A stretch of DNA of 43,504 nt from a virus. Lineage: Duplodnaviria > Heunggongvirae > Uroviricota > Caudoviricetes. This document shows positions 1 through 9,395 of the stretch, piece by piece. Location: positions 1 to 43,504 of the IMG/VR virus record IMGVR_UViG_646862326_000012, one strand, 5' to 3'. The stretch's first letter is position 1. Every line of letters begins with the position of its first letter. The position numbers and the translations under genes were made by a program. The notes under the pieces are model-generated. The model saw nothing but the letters and a program-made list of their open reading frames with translations, was not told the DNA's origin and searched no databases.

Positions 1-1224
1 ATGGCGCTGTCTGATGCGTGGTTGCGTTCAGTCGTTGGAAAGGAACGTGATAAGGTTTTGGTTAAATCCGATCGTGATGGTCTGTCTGTCAGAGTATCAC
101 CGAAAGGTCGCGTAGTGTTCCAATATCGTTATCAATGGGCAGGGAAAGGTGAGCGCCTTGATATCGGAACTTACCCGGCAACTGGATTAAAAGAGGCCAG
201 AGAAGAGGTTATCCGTCTCCGTGGTGAACTCGAGTCAAACCGCAATCCACGATTAGTCAAGCAGGCTGAAAAACGAAAAGCTACTGAAGCCATGACGGTA
301 GAGTCTGTGATCCGTGCCTGGTATGAAGCATATTGTGTAAAAAATAAAAAAGGTTCTGAACAGATACTCCGCTCGTTTGAGCTGCACCTGTTCTCTAAAA
401 TCGGGAATATCCCTCACGATGCAGCTACATTGCATGATTGGTTAGAAGTCCTGGAGCCTCTTAGCACTAAGACTCCAGCAATAGCAGACCGATTGCTAAT
501 TAACGCAAAGCAGGCCCATGTCTGGGCGTATAAGAGAAAGCTCATTGAAACTCGCCCGCTGTCGGATATCACGGGTAAAGATATGGATATCCGTAAAGGT
601 CAGAAGAAACGGTTTCTGACACATGATGAAATTAAAATCCTTTATGCTGCGATCGATGGTTCTCGAATGGTTCCTAAATACCGGGCCTTCATTAAACTAT
701 TGCTGCATTTTGGCTGCCGTAGTTCAGAGCTAATTACCGCCAGGGTGGACGATTTTGATTTCATTAATAAAGTATGGACTGTACCACCAGAACGACATAA
801 GACTGGGGAGATAACAGGCGAACCGCTAAAGCGGCCCATTATTGAACCGGTTGAAGAGCTTATAAAGTACGCTATTTCTATGAACAATGGTTCCGATATG
901 CTTTTTACTAAGGAAGGAAGCAGGGAACCCGTTGGTCGGACATCATTGCAGTCGCTGCCTTACAATTTAATGCAGTACGCATGGCGGCGTTTGGGGTATC
1001 AATTCCCTCATTGGTCTCTTCATGATTTGAGGCGAACAGCACGAACAAACTTTTCTGATCTTACTGCGCCTCATATTGCAGAAATAATGCTAGGTCATAA
1101 ACTGCCAGGGGTATGGCAAGTTTATGACAAGAGCGATTATCTAGAAGAACAGCGTAAAGCCTACCAGGCATGGTGGGAGAGAGTTGAATCGATTGTTACT
1201 TGTTCTGGTTCAGACACCAACTGA
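1..1224 (+). CDS. int: Tyrosine site-specific integrase (P4-type)
   Basis: 407-aa ORF. N-terminus resembles P4-family integrases; C-terminal region has the catalytic-type residues (HDLRRT, final tyrosine region). Position at the prophage left end. ORF starts at window base 1, so attL is outside the window. Confidence 0.9.
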   Translation: MALSDAWLRSVVGKERDKVLVKSDRDGLSVRVSPKGRVVFQYRYQWAGKGERLDIGTYPATGLKEAREEVIRLRGELESNRNPRLVKQAEKRKATEAMTVESVIRAWYEAYCVKNKKGSEQILRSFELHLFSKIGNIPHDAATLHDWLEVLEPLSTKTPAIADRLLINAKQAHVWAYKRKLIETRPLSDITGKDMDIRKGQKKRFLTHDEIKILYAAIDGSRMVPKYRAFIKLLLHFGCRSSELITARVDDFDFINKVWTVPPERHKTGEITGEPLKRPIIEPVEELIKYAISMNNGSDMLFTKEGSREPVGRTSLQSLPYNLMQYAWRRLGYQFPHWSLHDLRRTARTNFSDLTAPHIAEIMLGHKLPGVWQVYDKSDYLEEQRKAYQAWWERVESIVTCSGSDTN

Positions 1225-1396
1225 CAGTTTGCATATTTTGAACGCAATAAAATATGACAGTCCGCTTTGAGCGAGGAGCTGATATATGATGTTTAGAAAA
1301 CGCGCGATTTGCAGTTAAGCAATCTAAGTTACTGATGTACTATACTGGAACTGCTGGCCAGTTTGTGTTGAACACCATCATTATCACAATAAGGAA

Positions 1397-2650
1397 ATGA
1401 AAGTCGAAATGAATACTAAACTTTTGGCCTATTTAAACAATGAGTTACATGGAGTGTGGATAGATAGTGAAAATCGTAATATCCACATAATACTTAAATC
1501 AAGCCTTCCTATAATTAAATCCGTCTGGTCAGGAGCACCTATCCACTTTTTGGTAGGTTTATCTACTAAAAATATACTAGTGATTGGGATGTTGATTGAA
1601 GATAATGTCGATAATCCATTTTTACTAGCCTATCCACCAAGAGAGGCAGATGAAATTAAAGGGCTGGATTTGTTATTGTCAGGCGCTTATGATGGTATTC
1701 TATTATCATTTTTTGACTCGCATACAATGCGTGTTATGGACCTGAAAATAAAAGTTTCGGAAAATTTACCGTGTGAATGTTTAAAAAAATTTTGTGCTAA
1801 TTCATATTCTCTCAATTCAGGATTTAGGGAAGGTAATGAAGCAATGGATGAATTCTGCAACAATGCTTTGACTGGTAACGAGAAAATAATTAGTCTGCCA
1901 CTAAGTGTAATCGATAAAAAATCTTACCTAGCAAGTGTTCATGAACCAAACGATACCGTATTAACATATGAATTTAGCGTCAGTGAAAACGGCTCTGAGG
2001 GATATGAGCAGGAAGCTCTTATATACCATGCTTTGCGGCAGGTCTTTTCACCGGAGGAAGTGTTTTTTTCTCCAGATATTATTGAGGGTAATAAAAAAAG
2101 AGAATTAGTTGATATTCTTATTGTAGAAAATGACTATGTATTATCTATACAGTCTAAAGCATCATCTTTGATTGAAATGGGTTTAAAATCTCATGAAAAG
2201 CTTTGTAGCATGTATAAGAAAAAAGCATTGCAAGGGATCGATCAGGTTAAAGGCGTTATCCCAATTCTAAATAATGATGTGGTTATTAATTATGACGGGA
2301 GGGAATGCTTAATAAAGCGCAGAAAGGGTATTTATCATTTAGTGATAATCTCAGATCTTGTTTTAGAGAAAGAAGGTGCTGAAAAGATTTATAACGAAAT
2401 TAGCAACCTTAAAGAGTCAAAAGGGGCGAAAGTTTTAGTTATGAGCCTTGAAGGTCTTGTAAATTTTATAAGACTATCAAGATTAAATAAAAGAATGTTT
2501 TGGGCAATGCTGGAGACTAAATACAAGTTCAGCATAAAAAACCGTACAATTTTAATTAGAGATATCGACTCTAGCCAAGAGAATAATCTACCATTACTTG
2601 CCACTGATCAATACCTATCACTTCTTCGAGGTGCGGGAAAAGTAAAATAA
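1397..2650 (+). CDS. Hypothetical AT-rich cargo protein (417 aa), possible nuclease-like core
   Basis: Long ORF in a markedly AT-rich island between int and xis. AAGGAA ribosome-binding site 7 nt upstream of the ATG. Residues 239-254 (VDILIVENDYVLSIQSK, nt 2111-2158) resemble a degenerate PD-(D/E)xK-type motif. No family recognised. Confidence 0.6.
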   Translation: MKVEMNTKLLAYLNNELHGVWIDSENRNIHIILKSSLPIIKSVWSGAPIHFLVGLSTKNILVIGMLIEDNVDNPFLLAYPPREADEIKGLDLLLSGAYDGILLSFFDSHTMRVMDLKIKVSENLPCECLKKFCANSYSLNSGFREGNEAMDEFCNNALTGNEKIISLPLSVIDKKSYLASVHEPNDTVLTYEFSVSENGSEGYEQEALIYHALRQVFSPEEVFFSPDIIEGNKKRELVDILIVENDYVLSIQSKASSLIEMGLKSHEKLCSMYKKKALQGIDQVKGVIPILNNDVVINYDGRECLIKRRKGIYHLVIISDLVLEKEGAEKIYNEISNLKESKGAKVLVMSLEGLVNFIRLSRLNKRMFWAMLETKYKFSIKNRTILIRDIDSSQENNLPLLATDQYLSLLRGAGKVK

Positions 2651-2862
2651 ATTGTATCAATGATACTGTTGCCACGTATCGAGACTGGCTTATGAACGGA
2701 AGGGTTTTCCAGCAGTTCAGCGACCGGAGCTGCACATCGATGCCGGATTGTGCCTGCAATTATGTACTTGGCTAAGAGGTGCTGCTGGCTCTGGATAGAA
2801 TAACCCTAACGTCCAAAGAGCGCGCATTTTCATGTAAAAAAATAAATAGCTTGTCTGCTCTT

Positions 2863-2886
2863 GATACAGAGCAGACAGTCAGATCT
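2863..2886 (-). terminator. Hairpin terminator at the end of the leftward early operon
   Basis: Inverted repeat gtctgctct/agagcagac with a T-run on the minus strand, downstream of xis. Confidence 0.45.
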
Positions 2887-2935
2887 GTTTGGCTTGTGCC
2901 ATAGATGTGCCAGCTCACATTTGAGCTAATGTTTG

Positions 2936-3130
2936 TTACTCAATTACTCCTGCAAACCTGTATATCTTACGTGATGCCCATTTATTTGGGCAGGATTTAA
3001 TATCAGGATCTGGAAAATCAGGCCGATATTTCTGACCAGTCCTCCGGTTTACACTGTTCCAGCGAAGCACCGTCGATATTGAAACGCCACAGAATTCGGC
3101 GACTTGTTTTGTTGTCATTAAGTTGTTCAT
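2936..3130 (-). CDS. xis: Excisionase / AlpA-like DNA-binding protein
   Basis: Internal start MNNLMTTKQVAEFCGVSISTVLRW (helix-turn-helix typical of phage excisionase/AlpA) preceded by GGAGGG. ATGA overlap with the upstream gene. The longer 92-aa ORF in the track is probably an over-extension. Confidence 0.7.
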   Translation of the reverse strand: MNNLMTTKQVAEFCGVSISTVLRWNSVNRRTGQKYRPDFPDPDIKSCPNKWASRKIYRFAGVIE

Positions 3131-3474
3131 TGTTGACCCTCCTGTGGTTGTGCAGTTGAAAGACTCATGCCCGCGCGTTGTTGCCAGACGACCCAGCCGA
3201 GAGCCATATCCCACGCCATGTACTCGTTATCACCGTTTTTTGCTCTCCGACGATCGACTGTTTTACCGAAACGCTTTTCCATAAATAATTCATAGGCTGC
3301 GCGTTCATCTGGCTCAACTTCCAGAGATGCCAGTGCAATCCGTGCCAGTTCTAAATCATCTTCAAGCTCAGCGCGAATCTCAGCGAATGCACTCTGTGTT
3401 AAGGCGAACTCAATGCTCTGCACTTTATTCCGTGCGCGCTCAAGCAGTGCATGGTAGTTAATTTCGGTTGTCAT
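3127..3474 (-). CDS. Hypothetical early-left protein (115 aa)
   Basis: ORF with AGAGG ribosome-binding site; translationally coupled within the leftward operon. No recognisable motif. Confidence 0.55.
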   Translation of the reverse strand: MTTEINYHALLERARNKVQSIEFALTQSAFAEIRAELEDDLELARIALASLEVEPDERAAYELFMEKRFGKTVDRRRAKNGDNEYMAWDMALGWVVWQQRAGMSLSTAQPQEGQQ

Positions 3475-4349
3475 ACCCCTACCTCTTCGAATTTCAATTC
3501 TAATTGATCACCCCAGATTTCACATGACTCTGAACACGAGCCGGTATCGAATCGCCTGGCCTGTACCATCGCCTGATACAAATTTCTGTAGTCGCTGTTG
3601 GCAGACATTCTGGCAATTCCGTCAAGCGTCAGGTGACCACGGTACATAACGTCTTTACCTGTTCTGCGATGACCATCCCTGACGTGTTTGCCTGTAACCA
3701 GCTCATTAAAAACTCGCATCAGACCAGGTTCGTCTTTACATGCAAGCCCCAGCTTTTGCGTTGACTTTTTGATGCAGAAAACACAGTTCCCGAGATGCTC
3801 CGGGATTTGCAAATCAAAAGGTTGTTTTCGCCACCACCGGATAACATCCGACTTATCAAAATCTGACAGTTCGGCAAGATACCGGACGCCCGATTTCGGT
3901 TTCAGCCTACGGGGTTCGTCTGCACGAATACCCAGCCATGTGATGTAATTACCTCGCCCGAAATGGTTATCGCAGTATTTCGTGAAAGGGATGAGTTTTA
4001 GCCTGTCAGTACAGAACGCGCCGCCGATGTATGGCGTGCCGTACTTTTTAACCATGTCCATAAACGGTTTAAGTACCGGCATTCGCGTCTGAATATCCTT
4101 TGGCTCCCATTCTGTATAACCATTTGGCTGCCCAAGCTCAGGATTGATATCGACCTGCAACACAGTTAGTGGTATGCCCCAGAACTTCACAACCTCCCGA
4201 ATAAAGCGGTATGTCAGCGGATGTTCGCAACCGGTATCCATAAAGATGTAGCAGACGTTATTGCCAGCCTTTCTTTGTTCTTCCATCAGGTGAACAAGAT
4301 ATGCAGATGTTCTCCCGCCGGAAAAACTAACTACATGAGTTATGCACAT
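3471..4349 (-). CDS. PAPS reductase-family PP-loop ATP pyrophosphatase-like protein
   Basis: 292 aa. N-terminal SFSGGRTS matches the PP-loop (SGGxxS) of the PAPS reductase / sulfate adenylyltransferase superfamily. GGAG ribosome-binding site; overlaps the stop of the upstream gene. Confidence 0.75.
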   Translation of the reverse strand: MCITHVVSFSGGRTSAYLVHLMEEQRKAGNNVCYIFMDTGCEHPLTYRFIREVVKFWGIPLTVLQVDINPELGQPNGYTEWEPKDIQTRMPVLKPFMDMVKKYGTPYIGGAFCTDRLKLIPFTKYCDNHFGRGNYITWLGIRADEPRRLKPKSGVRYLAELSDFDKSDVIRWWRKQPFDLQIPEHLGNCVFCIKKSTQKLGLACKDEPGLMRVFNELVTGKHVRDGHRRTGKDVMYRGHLTLDGIARMSANSDYRNLYQAMVQARRFDTGSCSESCEIWGDQLELKFEEVGV

Positions 4350-4876
4350 TTGCGTAACTCCGATAACTCGTTAAAACGTTCCATAAACATCCCGTAGGCA
4401 TGTCCTGGTGCCAGTGGAATCACTTTGAACATCTCTGTTGCCGGGATACCTTCCAGTACAGGCCAGAAAGAGCCATCATCAAGCCCGAGATCGCGGCGTT
4501 CGGTTGCCAGCATAATGAGATCGGCATATTTCACTGGCGTGCTCATAACAGGAGGTAACCCGTATTTCTCACGGATTACGGCGTCTATTTTTTCTTCCAT
4601 CTGTTTATAGTCAGGAAGAAGGCGTTTCAGTGGCGCGGGGATGTCCTGACAATACGCTTCTGTTGCATCATGCATTAACGCTTCAAAAGCAAACTCCTCC
4701 GGAACCAGTTTGCTGCAAAGCACCGCATGTTGGGCGACGCTGTAGAAGTGTGAAAGATGACCGGCAAAGCGACAGATATTTGAAAGGGAAACTGCGATAT
4801 CGTTAATCGCGATGTCGTCTTTATTTATCCTGTCATAATAAAAATGCTTCCCGGAAAAAGTTTTAATAAATGACAT
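4340..4876 (-). CDS. yfdR: HD-domain phosphohydrolase (5'-deoxynucleotidase YfdR-like)
   Basis: 178 aa from the internal Met MSFIKTF (GGAGAA ribosome-binding site). H..HD motif (LMHDATEAY). Length and architecture match the CPS-53 prophage YfdR as remembered; the symbol is tentative. Confidence 0.7.
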   Translation of the reverse strand: MSFIKTFSGKHFYYDRINKDDIAINDIAVSLSNICRFAGHLSHFYSVAQHAVLCSKLVPEEFAFEALMHDATEAYCQDIPAPLKRLLPDYKQMEEKIDAVIREKYGLPPVMSTPVKYADLIMLATERRDLGLDDGSFWPVLEGIPATEMFKVIPLAPGHAYGMFMERFNELSELRKCA

Positions 4877-5004
4877 TTTGTTCTCCACTTTATATGCGCT
4901 GCACCGCGCTGAATTTTGGTTAAAGAAAACCCTCGCCATCAGGCGATTATTGAGTTAATTACGTTTCCATAAATGCCCCCGCAGGGGCATTTGCAGTAAT
5001 GAAA

Positions 5005-5829
5005 TCAGGCGGTGAAAGTACCAATAAAGGTTTCTACTTTGCTGTCTTTGAATTTTTCAACAAGCAGATCACGAAATTCGTTAGCCATTTCTTCCTGCAC
5101 TGCTTCCAGCTGAATAATGCGCAGAACCAGTACAGGGCGATCACCAGTGATAATGCTGAGGCGTAATTTAAACGGACGTTCTTTCAGGCCTTCAAACGGA
5201 ACGCATTTAAACTCAAATGCTACTGGCATAATGTCTTTGGTTTTCGCTTCGACAGACTCCATCAGAGAGCGTTTGCCGCTGAAGTCATTGTCTTCAAAAT
5301 CAGCGGTCTGGTTTGCTTCAATCGTGATTTTACGGACCGCCGCAGCCGCTTTTGTTGCCTGAATGGCGTCACCATTAGCATCAAAGCCCACAAGGTAGTC
5401 GGCCCAGTCTTCAATCCATTCTGCCAGTGACTTCTGGGAGTTACGCTCGCCGTTAACAGACAACAGGGCAGAGAACGGTGCTGTCTTTTTCAGTTTGAGA
5501 GTGGCGGTGTTATCTGCGTGACCTGGTTCGTCAATAGTACCCAGGTTAAGCACACTGACGGCTCGCATATTATCAGCATCGATAAAGCAGCGGGTGCCTT
5601 CATCTGCAAGATCTTTAGAATAACGGGTAAAGTCATCGATGCTGGCAGTGGAAAGCGCACCACGGAAACGGAAGCGATTTAAATTAAATTTTTCCAGATC
5701 ATGAATGCGGAAATTCTCAGGCAATGCCACAGCATCGGCACCAATCTTACTGATAATTTCATTAACACCCTGAGCAGAAATAAGGGCATGGATTTGATTA
5801 ATTGCGGTTGCGTCTAAGTTCTGAGACAT
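5005..5829 (-). CDS. yfdQ: DUF2303 (YfdQ-like) prophage protein
   Basis: 274-aa ORF, same length and operon position as YfdQ of the K-12 CPS-53 prophage. Assignment is from memory of the family, not a search. Confidence 0.6.
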   Translation of the reverse strand: MSQNLDATAINQIHALISAQGVNEIISKIGADAVALPENFRIHDLEKFNLNRFRFRGALSTASIDDFTRYSKDLADEGTRCFIDADNMRAVSVLNLGTIDEPGHADNTATLKLKKTAPFSALLSVNGERNSQKSLAEWIEDWADYLVGFDANGDAIQATKAAAAVRKITIEANQTADFEDNDFSGKRSLMESVEAKTKDIMPVAFEFKCVPFEGLKERPFKLRLSIITGDRPVLVLRIIQLEAVQEEMANEFRDLLVEKFKDSKVETFIGTFTA

Positions 5830-5894
5830 AATAAGTCCTCACTATATAAAGATATTCAGTGATGAGATAAATAATCAGTTTATTAAAAACGATA

Positions 5895-6257
5895 TTAACG
5901 ACCTGCTGCGCGGAGTTTTCCGTCAGGTTCACCGGCAAGAGTCAGTAATTGTCCCTGGTCTTCCTGCAGAATAGTCAGGCGACCACCGCGATTGACATAC
6001 ATCGGCGTTTCGGTGGTGTCTTCTTCGGAAATTTTCCCGCGGTTAGTCGGGCGAACATATGAGAGTTTGTGTTTGATTTTTACACGGTTCTCATCAAACG
6101 GTTCGATTTCCAGGTTGAGCGAGACCTTACCTTTGGTTTTCGTGTTCATCACACCGGAAGCGACTTCACTGAGAACAGCGCCGATTTTGGTTTCAAATAC
6201 GCCGCCGTCCAGCTCCCCGATAAATGCCTGCACATCAGTACTGCGTTCGCTAGCCAT
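5895..6257 (-). CDS. Hypothetical early-left protein (YfdP-like, 120 aa)
   Basis: Start at the internal Met MASERS, preceded by GAGGAG. The 182-aa ORF in the track is an upstream over-extension lacking a ribosome-binding site. Confidence 0.55.
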   Translation of the reverse strand: MASERSTDVQAFIGELDGGVFETKIGAVLSEVASGVMNTKTKGKVSLNLEIEPFDENRVKIKHKLSYVRPTNRGKISEEDTTETPMYVNRGGRLTILQEDQGQLLTLAGEPDGKLRAAGR

Positions 6258-6924
6258 TTTGCTGCTCCTCATCATATCGACCCTGCAAGGTCGGTTGGTT
6301 TCTCCACAAAACAGAGAAGAACACCTGCGGTGGCAGCCGCCCGGATGGATTGGGTTATGAGCCCGTCGTCCGGTGATGCCCTTCTCTGTTTTGTAAAAAG
6401 AGCGGTACCAGCCGGAAGCAAGTGTACAAACTGGTACCGCCAAAGCAGTGGCTGTTGTGGTGACCGGTGCTGATCTCCGGCTTGCGGTTATTTCAGACTC
6501 TCACGGGCGTTTAATTGCCCCGCCGAACAGCTCTTTTCCGCAATAGCTGCATGTCTTTCGCGCATCAGCCTGCGCATTCACCACAACGCTGAGAGCATTG
6601 CCGGTGTCCGAATCGAACGGACCTTTTCCCTGCCCAACCCTCCCATCTGAATGGGACTGTCTGGAATTGAACCAGCACTTATGCCTTGCTCGTCAATGCT
6701 CTCATCGTTGCGTCCTGGTCTCTTCCCAGGCGTCAAACCGGATCGCCACGCTGGTTAGGCGTCTTATCAGCATCCTCATTGACTTGCACATTCCGGCTAC
6801 CTGGTTTGTTTGCCCGAGCAAGGAGTGGATTATCCCCTTTAACGTCCCCAGACCGCTAACGACGCATGTGCCATACGCCGTGTTACAACCAAATTTTGTT
6901 TGAATCTTGCCTGTCTCATGTTTC

Positions 6925-6962
6925 TTTTGGATACATTATGTATCTCATAGGTACATTGTCAA
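6925..6962. promoter_or_regulatory. Candidate left operator / pL region
   Basis: Perfect 15-bp palindrome GATACATTATGTATC (6930-6944) plus an adjacent GGTACATTGT half-site. Lies just beyond the cI terminator, the expected OL/pL position. Confidence 0.4.
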
Positions 6963-6965
6963 GTA

Positions 6966-6990
6966 TAAAAAAACCTGCCGAAGCAGGTTC
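6966..6990 (-). terminator. Rho-independent terminator after cI
   Basis: Hairpin cctgc-cgaag-caggt followed by a T-run on the minus strand, immediately downstream of the cI stop. Confidence 0.55.
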
Positions 6991-7001
6991 ATAAATATTG
7001 A

Positions 7002-7676
7002 TTAGGCCTTTATTGTGTATCTTCTTGGTTTTCCCGAGAAAATCACTGTACCAATTATAGAGCAATTACCGTTAATCTTAATGTAAGGCTCAGGCCAGTT
7101 TGGGTTTAATGCTTTGAGATAACGCTGTGTTCCATCTTCTATCAACCGCTTGAAGGTGGTTTCGCCTGAATCGTGCATCAATGCAATAACGTCGTCACCG
7201 TGGCAGGCAGGGACTTCAGGATCAACAAAAATCATGTCTCCCGGGCGGTACTCATCAATCATTGAATCACCAATCACCCGCAAGATATAAGTCATTTCGC
7301 CACAGGGTACAGGGCAGGGATAAGTTTCTGCTGTGCTCAAATCAACCTCAGAATAGCCAACTTCTTTCCATGCTCCGGCCTGTACCCATGATATGACAGG
7401 GACTAACGTTATTTGTTTGTTAGTGATTGAAACATCAGGTTTTTTTGTGATGTTCGTGGTCTGGTGTTCTTGATCAAGCCATCCGACAGGCAGGTCGAAA
7501 CATTTTTCGATGTGCCTTGCCATGCTGTCACCGATATTTTTAGTAGCACCATCTCCCATAAACCTGCTGGTCTGGGTTGGCTCGCGATCAATCATGGTGG
7601 CAAAGGAAGAATTCCCGCCAACACCATCTCTCAGTTTTCTGGCGTTAGACCGCCGGATGTCATGGACTGTTTTCAT
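7002..7676 (-). CDS. cI: CI-type prophage repressor (HTH + S24 LexA-like peptidase domain)
   Basis: 224 aa. C-terminal RVIGDSM motif (S24 serine nucleophile context) and an Ala-Gly (QAGAW) candidate autocleavage site. Divergent from the cro-like gene. Confidence 0.9.
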   Translation of the reverse strand: MKTVHDIRRSNARKLRDGVGGNSSFATMIDREPTQTSRFMGDGATKNIGDSMARHIEKCFDLPVGWLDQEHQTTNITKKPDVSITNKQITLVPVISWVQAGAWKEVGYSEVDLSTAETYPCPVPCGEMTYILRVIGDSMIDEYRPGDMIFVDPEVPACHGDDVIALMHDSGETTFKRLIEDGTQRYLKALNPNWPEPYIKINGNCSIIGTVIFSGKPRRYTIKA

Positions 7677-7766
7677 AAAGAAATTAAAACCTTTGTACCG
7701 ATAAGGTACAAGTATCTTGAGGGTTCATCTCAATCATGTAATATGTATATCGGAGGTACATATTGT
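7677..7766. promoter_or_regulatory. OR / pRM-pR region between cI and cro
   Basis: 19-bp palindrome TTGTACCGATAAGGTACAA (7693-7711) and a second dyad ATGTA...TACAT (7743-7761) in the divergent intergenic region. Confidence 0.6.
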
Positions 7767-7967
7767 ATGAAAGCGTATTGGGACTCTTTAACCAAAGAAC
7801 AGCAGGGCGAGTTGGCCGGAAAAGTTGGCTCAACACCAGGCTACTTACGGCTGGTTTTCAATGGTTATAAAAAAGCCAGTTTTGTGCTGGCTAAAAAACT
7901 TGAGCAATGCACGTCAGGTGCAATTACGAAATCTGACTTAAGACCGGATATCTATCCGAAAGATTAA
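7767..7967 (+). CDS. cro: Cro-like HTH regulator
   Basis: 66 aa from MKAYWDSLTKEQQ, with GGAGG 10 nt upstream. Small helix-turn-helix protein divergent from cI. The 167-aa ORF in the track is an antisense over-extension into cI. Confidence 0.75.
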   Translation: MKAYWDSLTKEQQGELAGKVGSTPGYLRLVFNGYKKASFVLAKKLEQCTSGAITKSDLRPDIYPKD

Positions 7968-7998
7968 CAGAACACCTTCAATTTTTAACCACAGAACG

Positions 7999-8562
7999 AT
8001 GAGGCTAACCGTGGGTAAGCATCACTGGAAAGTAGAAAAACAGCCTGAGTGGTACGTGAAAGCTGTCAGAAAAACTATCGCGGCGTTGCCGGGAGGTTAC
8101 GCTGAAGCTGCTGAGTGGCTGGATGTAACAGAGAACGCTTTATTCAACCGCCTTCGTGCAGATGGCGATCAGATTTTCCCGCTGGGATGGGCAATGATTT
8201 TACAGCGCGCGGCTGGCACTCACTACATTGCGGATGCTGTCGCACAGTCTGCTGGTGGGGTGTTTGTATCGCTTCCTGAACTTGAGGAAGTAGAGAACGC
8301 CGATATAAACCAGCGCCTGCTGGAAGTCATCGAACAGATCGGGAGTTACTCAAAGCAGATTCGTTCGGCAATCGAAGATGGGGTAGTGGAGCCACACGAG
8401 CAGACAGCAATTAATGATGAGTTGTATCTGTCAATTTCGAAGCTCCAGGAGCATGCAGCACTGGTCTACAAAATCTTTTGCGCTCCAGAAAAGAGTGACG
8501 CCCGCGAGTGTGCAGCTCCGGGCGTCGTGGCGTTTTGTGTCTGTGGAGAAACTAACGCATGA
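7999..8562 (+). CDS. CII-like regulatory protein (tentative)
   Basis: 187-aa ORF directly after cro; N-terminal HTH-like stretch. ATGA overlap with the next gene. Confidence 0.45.
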   Translation: MRLTVGKHHWKVEKQPEWYVKAVRKTIAALPGGYAEAAEWLDVTENALFNRLRADGDQIFPLGWAMILQRAAGTHYIADAVAQSAGGVFVSLPELEEVENADINQRLLEVIEQIGSYSKQIRSAIEDGVVEPHEQTAINDELYLSISKLQEHAALVYKIFCAPEKSDARECAAPGVVAFCVCGETNA

Positions 8563-9395
8563 ACAGTTTAACGGCAAATAACCGTTTGTCGCAACAGCTG
8601 GTGGTCAGCGTCGCTGAACACCTGTTGTTACGGCATGAATGCAGATTACCAAATCACATGGCTGTAAGTAACCACAGAGAACTTTACCTGACTGTGGGGG
8701 GCGAGTTGTGCAGGAACTTAACCGCTGGTTTCGTGACGGAAGAGGGCTTTATGTCCATGTTATTCGTTGGGAGCCAGAAACACAGCGCGTTATCTATCTT
8801 CGCAAAGACTACCCGCATGAGTGCTTTAGTCCTTTGTGGAAATTCAGGCGTGATTTTGTTGAGTGTGAAGGACCACCAGCACATTGATTCTGCCATTCCG
8901 GGACGTTACACTGTTCAGGCACCTTATAAAGCGGGTGTCGGGATTGGCGTCCTGGAATTGCATACGGCGACAATTGGCGCGTTAGCGTCTTTTTTGTTGC
9001 TACAACTCAGCTATACCCAAATTATGGTGGGCTGGGTGGGGGCACCGAAAGGTGCGCCGGTTTCCGTATGCGCCGGTTACGCCAACCCTGCTCAGTTCAC
9101 CACCAGCGAAATTGGCGTTTCCGGTGGTGGAAGTTATCCATTGCATACGGAGGCTGCCATCATGGCTACTGTCCCAGCCCTCTCTCGTCTGAATGATGAA
9201 GACTTACATAAACTCAGTTATGTAACAACTGCACTACATGCTCTGCGCAAGGTAACTCTTTCGGATCCGCAGGCGCATCAGGTTTTGGTAGAAACCCTTC
9301 TTAACTTGCAGGCTGAACGTATTCGTCTGGCGGATAAGGCTAATTTTCATATTCACCGTCTCCTGAATATCAGCGGAGGGCATCGTCATGCTTAA
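8559..9395 (+). CDS. Hypothetical protein (278 aa)
   Basis: ORF translationally coupled to both neighbours (ATGA overlap upstream; the next gene's ribosome-binding site lies in its 3' end). No motif recognised; composition is unusual. Confidence 0.4.
   Translation: MNSLTANNRLSQQLVVSVAEHLLLRHECRLPNHMAVSNHRELYLTVGGELCRNLTAGFVTEEGFMSMLFVGSQKHSALSIFAKTTRMSALVLCGNSGVILLSVKDHQHIDSAIPGRYTVQAPYKAGVGIGVLELHTATIGALASFLLLQLSYTQIMVGWVGAPKGAPVSVCAGYANPAQFTTSEIGVSGGGSYPLHTEAAIMATVPALSRLNDEDLHKLSYVTTALHALRKVTLSDPQAHQVLVETLLNLQAERIRLADKANFHIHRLLNISGGHRHA

Noticed and set aside
5895-6443. Full 182-aa ORF upstream extension of the YfdP-like gene
   Set aside because: The N-terminal 62 codons are Cys/Arg/Gly-rich with no ribosome-binding site. 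A strong GAGGAG precedes the internal Met, giving a 120-aa product.
5992-6903. Plus-strand ORFs of 122, 134 and 101 aa left of cI
   Set aside because: The first two are antisense to the YfdP-like gene. The 101-aa ORF has no ribosome-binding site and a Pro/Cys/Ser-rich product. The region is better interpreted as the untranslated pL leader (reported as a finding).
7464-7967. 167-aa plus-strand ORF spanning the cI/cro intergenic region
   Set aside because: Its 5' two-thirds is antisense to cI and runs through the operator region. Only the 3' part from the ATG at 7767, which has a ribosome-binding site, is a plausible Cro.
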